The translations under genes were made by a program, and so were the position numbers. The notes under the pieces are model-generated. The model made no database searches. It was not told the origin of the DNA and saw only the letters and a program-made list of their open reading frames with translations. A stretch of DNA of 64,000 nt from Octopus sinensis (lineage: Eukaryota): contig NC_043000.1 in assembly GCF_006345805.1 (NCBI RefSeq), positions 111,476,001-111,540,000 of the forward strand, in the 5' to 3' direction. How positions within the stretch are numbered: position 1 is the first letter of the stretch; the number at the start of each line of letters is the position of its first letter. Shown in pieces: positions 12,055 to 22,146 of the stretch.

Positions 12055-12225
12055 CAACAATTGAGGGTAAAATTAATTAATTATTAATCAATTTCACCTA
12101 GTATTCAGTATGTAAAGGGACCATTATAGGCGAATTCAAAATATTACATTATATATAAGGGCTTAGTAAAATAAGTGAAATTGATTAATAATTAATTAAT
12201 TTTACCCTCAATTGTTGAAATTATA
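12047..12225. repeat. Perfect 51-bp inverted repeat with a 77-bp spacer
   Basis: 12047-12097 is the exact reverse complement of 12175-12225. Confidence 0.9.
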
Positions 12226-12711
12226 ATTCATCTTTCTCTGCTAAATGCTGCGGTTTTCACCGTTAATACATGGTGTTTGTCAATTTTAACCCACGCTGGT
12301 GGAGAGGGGAGAGCAGAAATTCTTCGCTTGCATATTCGAATTTGATAGCACTTTTAGTTCGAGCAGAATTCTAGAGGTGATTAGAAGCCGAAAGGGTATG
12401 CTCCCGACTTTCAGTGTTCCCAAATCCGATTCAAGGAATTCTGAGCTGAAGAAAGAAATGTCGAATTGACTAATCTAGAAATGTACGTTCTCAAATAACC
12501 TTTGCACTTGATTTTTTAATGTTTTTTCCCCCATACTTTTGTGAGTTAGTTTAGGTAAACACTATCTGAGAGAGATCTTCTTTAAGTATTAGAAATGGCT
12601 GAAGAAATTTCTTTAGCTGCTATTTCTAATGAGTTCAGTATGTGGCAAAGTAATTTATTTTACTAAGCCCTTATATATAATATATATACATATATATATA
12701 TATAAGGTTTC

Positions 12712-12865
12712 CTTCGGTTCTCATCTACCAAATCCACTCACAAGGCTTTAACTGTCCCAAGGCCATATAGGAGAAGACACTTACTCAAAGTGGCATGCAG
12801 TGAAATTGAAACTGTAACCACATGGCTGGAAAGCCAACCTCTCACCACACATCCACGCCTGCACT
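12712..12865 (-). mobile_element. SINE family A, 5' part (head to head with 12898-13265)
   Basis: CTACCAAATCCACTCACAAGGCTTT. Confidence 0.7.
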
Positions 12866-12897
12866 TCTGAAGTTTCTAAAATAGATTTCCTTTGAAA

Positions 12898-13265
12898 GGC
12901 ACAGGTGAGACTGTGAGGTAAGAAGTTTGCTTCCCAGCCACATGGTCTCAAGTTCAGTCCCACTGCATGGCACCTTGGACAAACGTTTTTTACTATAGCT
13001 TCGGGTCAACCAAAGCCTTGTGAGTGGATTTGGTAGACGGAAACTGAAAGAAGCCCTTTATGTGTGTATGTCCCTCACCACTGCTTGACAACTGGTGTTG
13101 GTGTGTTTTTGTCCCCATGACTTAGCAGTTCAGCAAAAGAGACCGATAGAAAAAGTACCAGACTTAAAATTAAAGAAGTACTAGGGTCAAGTCTGTCAAC
13201 TAAAAATCCTTGAAGGTGGTGCTACAGCACGGCCACAGTCTAATGGCTGAAACAAGTAAAAGCTA
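12898..13265 (+). mobile_element. SINE family A, full length
   Basis: Head through ..GGCTGAAACAAGTAAAA. Confidence 0.8.
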
Positions 13266-13296
13266 AAAGATATTCTAATACCTTTTTTTGTTGCAG

Positions 13297-13512
13297 GTAT
13301 TTTGAACAATTATAAATCCACTTCTAAAGGAGATCATCGTCTCAACCAGATTACAGTGAAACATCTTTTGCAGCACAGCGCCGGATGGGATCGAGACCAA
13401 GTGGGCGACGCTGTCTTCTGGAACTTAGATAATATCTTCAAGAACAAGGAAATGTCTTCAGAAGATAAACTTTTACGTTTTATGATGAGCAAAAAATTAC
13501 AATTTACTCCAG
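13297..13512 (+). CDS. Hydrolase gene, exon 4 (ITVKHLLQHSAGWD..LQFTP)
   Basis: Acceptor tttttttgttgcag; donor CAG|GTAATT; LLxHxxG motif. Confidence 0.92.
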
Positions 13513-13598
13513 GTAATTACAATTTACCCCCAGGCAATTACAATTTACTCCAGGTAATTACAATTTACCCCCAGGTAATTACAATTTACCCACCGGCA
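13496..13598 (+). repeat. Five-copy 20/21-bp tandem repeat spanning the exon-4 donor
   Basis: Unit ATTACAATTTAC(T/CC)CCAGG(T/C)A; the last copy is diverged. Confidence 0.95.
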
Positions 13599-13674
13599 AT
13601 TTCTTGAAACAAACAAAAAATTGATTGGAATGGTTTTGTTTCTTTTTATTTTGCTAGACTCTCATTTTATGCTT

Positions 13675-13990
13675 CATCATCATCATAATCATCGTTTAAC
13701 GTCCGTTTTCCAAGTTGGCATGGGTTGGACGGTTTGACTGAGGACTGGCAAGCCAGGAGGCTGCACCAGGCTCCAATCTGATCTGGTACGGTTTCTACAG
13801 CTGGATGCCCTTCCTAACGCCAACCACTCAGAGAATGTAGTGGGTGCTTTTATGTGTCACCAGCATGGGAGCCAGTCAGACAGCATTGGCATCAGCCACG
13901 TTCAGATGGTGCTTTTTATGTGCCACTGGCACAGGACCCAGTTGGGACTGGCATCGACCATGTTCGGATTGTGCTTTTTACGTGCCACTG
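13675..13990 (-). mobile_element. SINE-like family C (intron 4)
   Basis: CGTTTAACGTCCGTTTTCCA..GGATGCCCTTCCTAACGCCAACC. Confidence 0.8.
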
Positions 13991-14403
13991 GCCAAAATCT
14001 TCTACATGTTTCCTTGATTGGGTAGAAATGATGACTAAACCATCCTTAAATTACAATGCTTTGTCAGCTAAGAAAAAGAAAGTCTCATGGAATAATTTAT
14101 TCTGAGACACAAAGAAAAAAAATGGAATGTGATGGTCCTGGCTGGATGGCTTTTGATCCTACTCGGCCAGAAATGGAGTTAAACAATTGATGCACAAACT
14201 GTAACTAATTTATATCTTTACTAACTTGTCAAGTTGTAGTTATCATCGTCATCATCATCATCAACAGCAGCAACAACAAAGGAATGCTCAAGATTAATTT
14301 GTTTAATTTCTCAACCTTTCATAAGTTCAAAAAATTTGATGGTTGAGGGGACAAACCTTGTGGACTGTTTACATTTTATTACTTTACAAGTCTTACTTTA
14401 CAG

Positions 14404-14573
14404 GTAAACGGCACAGTTATTCCAACCTGGGTTATTTGATTCTTGGTAAAGTTATTGAGAAAGTGGAACAGAAGCCATACACAGAATTCCTCAAAGAAAT
14501 TCTGCAGAATGTCAATATAACCAACATGACAACTGGACATAATAACACTTGTGGTGTTATTAGCAATGATGAG
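14404..14573 (+). CDS. Hydrolase gene, exon 5 with YxN (YSNLGYLILGKVIE)
   Basis: Acceptor cttactttacag; donor GAG|GTATGT; YSN at 14418-14426. Confidence 0.92.
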
Positions 14574-14689
14574 GTATGTAGTCTTGTCTTTAGTTGGAAT
14601 GGTAATTCCTCCATGGGGTCTTTCAAACATGAAGAAGGAATATACTCTGACTGTGTGAAGCTGAATATTTCTATAGCATTATATAAAGG

Positions 14690-14882
14690 CAGAGAACTGG
14701 CAGAAACGTTAGCATGCCGGACGAAATGCTTAGCAGTATTTCGTCTGTCTTTACATTCTAAGTTCAAATTCTGCTGAGGTCAACTTTGTCTTTCATCCTT
14801 TCGAGGGTCGATAAATTCAGTACCAGTTGCGTAACCCCCAACCTCCCCAAAGAAATTTCGGACTTTGTGCCTAGAGTAGAAA
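14690..14882 (+). mobile_element. SINE family B (intron 5)
   Basis: Shared head and core. Confidence 0.8.
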
Positions 14883-15248
14883 ATATGAAAAAGATGAGAT
14901 GGTCATTGCTGGGACGTCTTTGTTCATATTTCTGTTTGATCAGAACTGACCTGGAAATGAACAACTAAAACTATTCCTCCTTCTGCTACTATTATTACCA
15001 CTACCACCACCACCACCACCACCACCATTACTACTCTCTTCATCTCCTCATCTCTCTCTGCCCATCTTTTGCTCCACTTCCCCCTCTCTTTTTCTCATCC
15101 TCCTCCTCATATATCTCTCTTCTTCCTCTCTAACCACCACAGTCCACTCCTTCCTCCTGGGTTGGTTTGATGACAGCCTTAAACCTCTAAACTTTGTGAT
15201 TCTTTACCAAAATGTATAACCCTGTGTCTTTGTTCTTCTGTATTCCAG

Positions 15249-16526
15249 GTGAATTATTTCCACAAATCTTGGCTGGAACTGAGAAAACCCCAAACTTTCC
15301 AAGGATGGACACTTCCAAATTCGAGTCTGGTACAAATGGATGGAGCGGAATCGTATGGAGGCTGGGTGGCCAATGCCAGTGATGTACTCCAGTTATTCAA
15401 TTGTTTGTTTGAGAATCAGTCCAAACTGCTAGAAGGGGAAACCGTTCAAATGATGCTCAACCGTCCTGAATATGAGAATGGTGATGAATGGTATGGATTT
15501 GGCTTAGAGGTGGAAGATAATGGCTGTTCGTGGGGCCATACTGGAGCAATGGAGGGAACATCATGTACTGTGATGCATGATAAGTCTGGACTTACTTGGG
15601 TCTTGTTGTTTAATGCCTGGTCTAAAGACATGGACCTCAATGGGTTGATGAGGTACGGTCTCAGTGTGATTCCTAGCTTACCATTATGGCACGAAGGGAA
15701 GCCTCTCAGTGATTCTTCATTAAATATATCGACCGAAGATGGTAAACAAGTCGTTACCATTATAATTCCTCATGATCTCCTGCAGGCACATGTTGATATG
15801 ATGATGTCTTTGAGTTATAGCCTTCACTGGTTAAGCAGCCATCAACTCGGCAGCAAAACCTATTTTAACACAGTATGGCATAGGAGTAGTAGTAGTCATA
15901 GTAATGCTAACCAGTCGCTTGTGTGTCTTGATGTTTCGGTTGATAATGTGGATATTGTTGTAAGTAAACAATGTGACCTCGGTTTCTCTGTGAAACTATT
16001 AGAGACCTATTGTCATGAGGGCCACTTGAATTTTCTGATTGTGTTTGAAAATGTAAATGTTGTTTGTCAGAAGGTTTATACTCACCAAAGTCCAGAAGAA
16101 CATCTTGCTAGAATCAGTGAACTGAAGAAGAATGGATGGCATTTAACCATTCAGTCTTTGGTATCAATTGATGATTGCCTTGTGGTCTCTTCCGTTTATG
16201 CCAAAACAGAAGAGCCTGGCATTAAAACGGTGTCTTGGTTAGGCATCACTCTTGACAACTTCGTCTTTGAGCTGAAGAAACAGATCAACAACAAACTGAC
16301 ATTGATTTATGTTAAATTCTTCAACAATGGAGACAATTCCTTTGTTAGTGCCATCTGGAATTCCAAGCAGGAAAAGAATTATTGGCAAAGACATTCCGTA
16401 TCTCGTTATGGTTTCCTTTATGAAGTAAGGAAGGCTTCTGCAAAAAATCTCCATGTTGATTATGTTTCGTCCTATGTAGAAGACGGAGTTGTGTATTTTG
16501 CAGCTTTCTGGCCTTCTTTGGGATGA
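15249..16526 (+). CDS. Hydrolase gene, exon 6 (HTG motif plus five C-terminal repeats)
   Basis: Acceptor tctgtattccag; 425-codon ORF; YGGW, WYGFG and WGHTGAMEG (HTG at 15537-15545); TGA stop at 16524-16526. Confidence 0.93.
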   Translation: MNYFHKSWLELRKPQTFQGWTLPNSSLVQMDGAESYGGWVANASDVLQLFNCLFENQSKLLEGETVQMMLNRPEYENGDEWYGFGLEVEDNGCSWGHTGAMEGTSCTVMHDKSGLTWVLLFNAWSKDMDLNGLMRYGLSVIPSLPLWHEGKPLSDSSLNISTEDGKQVVTIIIPHDLLQAHVDMMMSLSYSLHWLSSHQLGSKTYFNTVWHRSSSSHSNANQSLVCLDVSVDNVDIVVSKQCDLGFSVKLLETYCHEGHLNFLIVFENVNVVCQKVYTHQSPEEHLARISELKKNGWHLTIQSLVSIDDCLVVSSVYAKTEEPGIKTVSWLGITLDNFVFELKKQINNKLTLIYVKFFNNGDNSFVSAIWNSKQEKNYWQRHSVSRYGFLYEVRKASAKNLHVDYVSSYVEDGVVYFAAFWPSLG

Positions 16527-17528
16527 AGAATTTACTGGGTTCCTTCTGGTTTATTGTTGTTGTGGTGGTACTGTCTGTCTCTTGAAGTCTTCAAGGTGAT
16601 ACACTGCCAGAATTGTTACCTGGACAAAATGCCCACCTGTAATTCTTCTGGTTGAGTTTGAATGCCACTAAAGGTCAACTTTACTCTTTAGCCTTTCAGG
16701 GTCAACAATGTACCAATGAACTACTGAGGTTGAGGGTATTGACTACCCTCTCCCCAATTGCTGCCTGGGGCTAAAATCTAAGACCCTATTACTGCAGACT
16801 TCAATGAGAATTTCATTTCCTGGTGATTCTTACAGTTTTTAGGATCTGTGAGGCAAAATACATTAACATGGTGTTATGTTATCTACCCTTTACCCAGGGG
16901 AAGAATTGAACCTGGTACTGCACTTTATTAATCATTTTGATACCAATCTGTCTAAGTCCACCATTTGTTTTGGTAGGAAACCTTTCATTTCAAAGTGTTC
17001 ATACATAAATGAAAATCTTCCATCATAATTTATGTCATCATGGTTTATTATCATAATTTATGTTATTATAATTTGTCATTATAATTTATGCTATATTTAT
17101 CTCATGGAAGATATAGTGTGTGTGTGTGTGTGTGAGAGAGGGAGAGACAGAGAGAGAGAGAGAGATAGCGAGGGAGTGAAGGTAATGATTTGGGAGGGGA
17201 AGTGTTGGTCAGTTGAAGGATCTGATTGTTGGTGGGTTAATAGCTTTCTTTGGGGGTTTAAAGAATGGGGAGCATCGGGAGTGGTAGGATGAGAAATAGA
17301 CTGAAAGTGGTTGTTGTCTCCCTTGCACACATCCCACCCCCAGCCACACACTCCCTTTCCTCTCATTATCCCCCCCTCTCGGCCTTATTCTGCTGTGAGA
17401 CCCTACAAAGACTTCAGTCCAGCTCGCAAATGATTATTTATTGTGCCTTATACATATACATACATACATATATATATATATGCATGTGTGTGTGTGTATA
17501 TATATATACATGTATGTATATATATATA

Positions 17529-17575
<47 letters not shown>

Positions 17576-17653
17576 AGATATATGTATACATATATATAGA
17601 TAAAACTTACTTGGAAAAAGATGTGTGGTGTTCAATCATATAATAATAATATA

Positions 17654-17686
<33 letters not shown>

Positions 17687-17876
17687 GCATATGTGGGCAC
17701 AGGACGTCACGAAACGTGTACAATAAAAAAATACGAAGCACGAGTACATGGAACATGAACTATTCTTTTGAACAACAAAAGACACAAATGGAAAACAAGA
17801 CAAACAACACAAAGAACGACCCTTCATCAGTTGTTGACTGTTTTTCTAGTCTCGTATTTCGAGCATTTAACAAGCA

Positions 17877-17907
<31 letters not shown>

Positions 17908-18239
17908 GAAAAATACTGAAAATGCAGCCAAATGTTCTTATATACACACACATATATTCATACACACGCACACGCATGCACATATTGTGTAATTAAAACA
18001 AGTTTAATGTTTTAACATTAGTAGAGAATAATTATATTTGATGTGTTTGTATAAAGAATAAAAATATAACAACATGTTTTTACTGAATAAGCATTTTTGT
18101 ATCATAACTAAAATGACGTTGGTGTACGTATTCCGAAGATGCATTTGGCATTTATGATTTATATAAAAGTGAAAAAGAAGGGAAATTAAAGAGTCACATG
18201 TTGCTTTGGGTCTTTTTTATAAAATAAGGTTTTACATTA

Positions 18240-18367
18240 TTTACATTTGACGGATATTTGTCCTTGTTTGTTGTCAACACACATTTCGGCTGATATACCC
18301 TCCAGCCTTCATCAGGTGTCATGGGGAAATTTCTGGGTTCTCATTCCTAAGGTATTTTTCGTTGTTG

Positions 18368-18437
<70 letters not shown>

Positions 18438-18463
18438 CATTATTATTATCATTATTATTCTTA

Positions 18464-18503
<40 letters not shown>

Positions 18504-18595
18504 CATTATTATTATTCAGGTCACTGCCTGGAATCAAACTCAGAATCTTGGGGTTAGTAGCCCGCACTCTTAATCACTACACCATATACCCGTGG
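18240..18595 (-). mobile_element. tRNA-like head + (AAT)n + hammerhead-bearing Penelope-type pLTR cassette
   Basis: Same order and sequence as 9780-10030 on +. Confidence 0.75.
18276..18320 (-). ncRNA. Minimal type I hammerhead ribozyme motif (slightly degenerate)
   Basis: ACAC-CTGATGA-A-GGCTG-loop-CAGCC-GAAA-TGT-GTGT; stems I and II pair; the stem III/cleavage triplet is mutated relative to the consensus GAAACGTT. Confidence 0.7.
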
Positions 18596-18629
18596 AAAAA
18601 AGTTTTAGTATATGCATTTTGGGGGCTAA

Positions 18630-19400
18630 AAGAGATTTTTTTGTAGTATAGGAGAAAATAGCATCCCCTAATAGAATCCGTTTAGTCATTTTTAAGTTGT
18701 GTTTTGTGGTAGGTCCCACTCATGTAGGGAGTTGTTGATTGAGATGTATCCAGATATAGGAGGCTTATCTGGGATCCCTTGAAGAAATTTGTCCAGGTTT
18801 CATCTGAAGTGGGATCTTTTCGTTTTTGATTTGTTTTGGGATTAACGTTAAATAGAGCAGGGCCTGTTGAGGAAAAGAAATTGTGTTGCAGTGAATTTAT
18901 GTGTTGTGATCCTGAATTTTGTAAGGGTCATAGGGCACTTGGCCCCCAGCCTTGGATGAATTCTGAATTTGATGTTAAGGTGTATGCTGGTGGAATACTC
19001 TCCATGTTGTTTGTACAAATGGTGTAGCGCTCACAGCAGTGCTGGAGAGAATCAAGTTCCAATATTTTAAGGTGGTCCCAATAATCAAGATCAATCATGC
19101 CTTTTAATTTTCATTCAATTCTCAAAATGTTTTGTTTGGTATGAGGTGACCCCACATGAAGGGTCAGCTGTATTTTAGGTTGGAACAATGACATCTGACT
19201 CTCTGGACAGCAAAGTTTTGAGGATTCAGGAGCTGATCCAGTGAGCCATATTGACTTTATTGTCGATGCTCACATCTTCAACTGAGATTCTTGTCAATAA
19301 TTACTATGTGAGCAAACAGAATCCCTTTTCCAAAGCACATAACTTCAAATTTTCCCTCATTAAACAAAATGGTGATCCTGTTGGTTGATAGGCTTACAGG
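18630..19400 (-). mobile_element. CR1/Jockey-group LINE 3' remnant
   Basis: Minus-strand YWDHLKILELDSLQ..ERY and HPRLG resemble CR1-group C-terminal motifs (YWxRL..LxLxSL.RRRERY); heavily decayed. Confidence 0.55.
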
Positions 19401-19444
19401 TCAGACTCGCATTTGGTTTGGTTTTCTCCATTCTTCTTTTATTC

Positions 19445-19765
19445 TTTTACTTGCTTTAGATTGTGGCCATGCTGGTGCACCGCATTTAGTTGAGCAAATC
19501 AATCCTCTGCCCCTTTTGTCGAAACACTAAGTTACGGGGGACGTAAACACACCAGCATCGGTTGTCACGCGATGTTGTGGTGGACAAACACAGACACACA
19601 AACATATACACACACATTCATATATATATGATGGGCTTCTTTCAGTTTCTGTCTACTAAATCTACTCACAAGGCTTTCATTGGCCTGAGACTATAGTAGA
19701 AGACACTTGCCCAAGGTGCCACGCAGTGGGGCTAAACCCGGAACCATGTTGGGACCCGCAAGCTT
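19445..19765 (-). mobile_element. SINE family A
   Basis: Shared body motifs. Confidence 0.75.
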
Positions 19766-19954
19766 TTCGAAGTATGCGTTCCTCAATAACATTAAATTGA
19801 CTACTTAATTTATCGACCCCAAAAGGATGAAAGGCAAAGTCGACCTCGGCAGAATTTGAACTCACAACGTAACGGCAGCCGAAATACCGCTAAGCATTTC
19901 GCCCGACTTGCTAGCAATTCTGCCAGTTACTACCATCAATCTCTAACTACAGCA

Positions 19955-20255
19955 ACAAGGACAATCACCAGCACGACCGCCGCCGTCGCCACCACCACCA
20001 TCACAACCACAACAACAACACCAACAACTGACCCCAGCGTCAGCCACTCCTTAATTCAACACTTGATGACCGGGTCAGCAGCAGCCAATTCTGCCACAAT
20101 AATTACAGCTACAACAAACAGCTCCTCTAATTTACCCAGGTTTTCTTCACATCACTGTAACTACGAAATCAAAAGAAATTCAATTTATTGCATCTTTAGC
20201 GACATCAGGTATTCCGACAATTTCAACCACTTTTGAAATTGTTGCAAGGACAAAG
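19955..20255 (+). repeat. Inverted-duplication arm (partner 23105-23425)
   Basis: ~300 bp of non-SINE sequence; roughly 90% match by eye to the reverse complement. Confidence 0.85.
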
Positions 20256-20271
20256 TCGCACTGGTGCGTGC

Positions 20272-20585
20272 GATCCTTTCTGGGTCGATAAATTAAATAC
20301 CAGTTGCGTACTGGGGTCCATATAATTGACTTAATCCGTTTGTCTGTCCTTGTTTGTCCCCTCTGTGTTTAGCCCCTTGTGGGTAGTAAAGAAATAGGTA
20401 TTTCGTTTGCCGCTTCGTTCTGAGTTCAAATTCCGCCGAGGTCGACTTTGCCTTTCATCCTTTTTGGGGTCGATCAAATAAGTACCAGTTTTGCACTGGA
20501 GTCGATGTAATCGACTTAATCCCTTTCTCTGTCCTTGTTTGTCCCCTCTGTGTTTAAAGCCCCTTGTGGGTAGTAAAGAAATAAG
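20272..20585 (+). mobile_element. SINE family B, two tandem 3' portions
   Basis: Tail ..CCCCTTGTGGGTAGTAAAGAAATA occurs twice; a - partial copy lies at 19797-19925. Confidence 0.8.
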
Positions 20586-20894
20586 ATATTGCGACAATTT
20601 CAAAAGTTGATAAAATAAATTCTCATACTGGTGGAAGGATGGGCTGAGATTCTAAGTGGGGGTTCCGAGCACCCCATAGCCCCACCGTGGCTACGTGCCT
20701 GCATGCATACATACATACATACATAACCGTGACACGGGTGCTTAGTAGCAAAGCCTCTTCTAAATCCCACCCTACCGTTAGAAAAGCATGGAGGTTTTGG
20801 ATTATGTGTTTATTTTAAAGTAATCTAGAATTATCGTGGGTGGAATGTCTTTGATTAAGTCAATCAGAGCTAATCTTCAATTTTAACAACAGCA

Positions 20895-21085
20895 ACAGCA
20901 GCCGTTCAAGAATTTGGACCTGGAGATCTCCATTTCCAGCGACTTCGAGGGTGGTGTAGGGCGTCAACGAAGAGCCCTCGACTACAACAAGACGACCAAA
21001 GTTTTTTTTTTCCAATGTCTGGGGTCTCCTGCCCTAGACCATCACCTAATCACCCTCACCCGTCTTGTTGCTTAACAACAACAAC
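20895..21085 (+). repeat. Inverted-duplication arm (partner 24790-24975)
   Basis: GGGCGTCAACGAAGAGCCCTCGACTACAACAAGACGACC block shared in the opposite orientation. Confidence 0.8.
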
Positions 21086-21274
21086 TTCGTTCTTTATTAA
21101 CTTCGCGTAAAAATATTTTCAGTTTAGGGTTAAAAAAAAAAAAAAGTAGAGTGACCTCCCCTGGGTCATCCTTCGTCTACATCAGTGATCTCCCTTCGTT
21201 TTTTTACATTTACTCTGGCAAACATCTGTAAAAGACAAAATATAAGGAATATATTGAAAGTTGTTTGTTACGCT

Positions 21275-21453
21275 TTTACTTGTTTCAGTCATTTAACTGT
21301 GGCCATGCTGGAGCACCGCCTTTAGTCGAGCAAATCGACCCCAGGACTTATTCTTTGTAAGCCTAGTACTTATTCTATCGGTCTCTTTTGCGAACCATTA
21401 AGTTACAGGGACGTAAACACACCAGCATCGGTTGTCAAGTGATGTTGGGGGGA

Positions 21454-21497
<44 letters not shown>

Positions 21498-21645
21498 CAT
21501 ATATACAACGAGCTTCTTTCAGTTTCCGTCTACCAAATCCACTCACAAGGCTATAGTAGAAGACACTTGCCCAAGGTGCCACGCAGTGGGACTGAACCTG
21601 GAACCATGTGGTTCGTAAGCAAGTTACTTACCACACAGCCACCCA
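21275..21645 (-). mobile_element. SINE family A, full length
   Basis: Shared head, body and tail. Confidence 0.85.
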
Positions 21646-21664
21646 TACGCCTATTGGAAATTTT

Positions 21665-22145
21665 TAGGGGACATTGACCCCAAAAAGATGAACAGGAAAG
21701 TTGATCTCGGAAGGATCTGAACTCAGAACGTAAAGAACCGGAAGAAATGCTGTTAAGCATTCTGTCCGCCAAGCTAACGATACTGCCAGCTCGCCGCCTT
21801 TATTATTTGACACAAGACCTGAAATTTTGAGGGAGGGGGCTGGTCGATTATATCGAACCCCAGCACTCAACTGGTGCTTATTTCATCGATCCCGGGGGTG
21901 ATGAAGGGGTAAATTCGACACCGGCAGAATTTGAACTCAGCTTTCTTGAATAAGCCAAAAGCCCAAAACTTTGTAAAGGGGTGTGGCCGATTAAATTGAC
22001 CCCAGTGTCCAACTGCTGCTTATTTCACCGATCCCGAAAGGATGAAAGGCAAAATCGACCTCGGCGGAATTTGAACTCAGAACGTAAAGACCCGTAAGAA
22101 ATGCCGCGGCCCGGCATGTGAACGATTGTACCAGTTCGCAGCGTT
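21665..22145 (-). mobile_element. Cluster of SINE family B copies
   Basis: Repeated GAATTTGAACTCAG heads on -; another copy at 22548-22695. Confidence 0.7.
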
Positions 22146-22146
22146 G

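Larger units (their letters stand above)
7532..16526 (+). other. Six-exon gene model: serine beta-lactamase/PBP-like hydrolase with C-terminal BTRD1-like repeats (660 aa)
   Basis: Exons 7532-7556, 8355-8498, 10280-10429, 13297-13512, 14404-14573 and 15249-16526 join with GT-AG introns (phases 1,1,1,1,0) into a stop-free 1983-nt ORF. Motifs SISK, LLQHSAG, YSN and HTG are in the expected order. Confidence 0.9.

Noticed and set aside
13496-13598. CRISPR-like array
   Set aside because: The repeats are contiguous with no spacers, and the context is eukaryotic.
7532-16526. Bacterial contamination or an acquired antibiotic-resistance gene
   Set aside because: The ORF is split by five canonical spliceosomal introns filled with host SINEs, so it is a resident nuclear gene.
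7532-16526. Assigning the symbol LACTB
   Set aside because: It has no mitochondrial leader and has an extra repeat domain; orthology cannot be shown without a tree.
19856-20236. Thr-rich mucin-like ORF
   Set aside because: It begins in a SINE and runs through trinucleotide repeats of the inverted-duplication arm.
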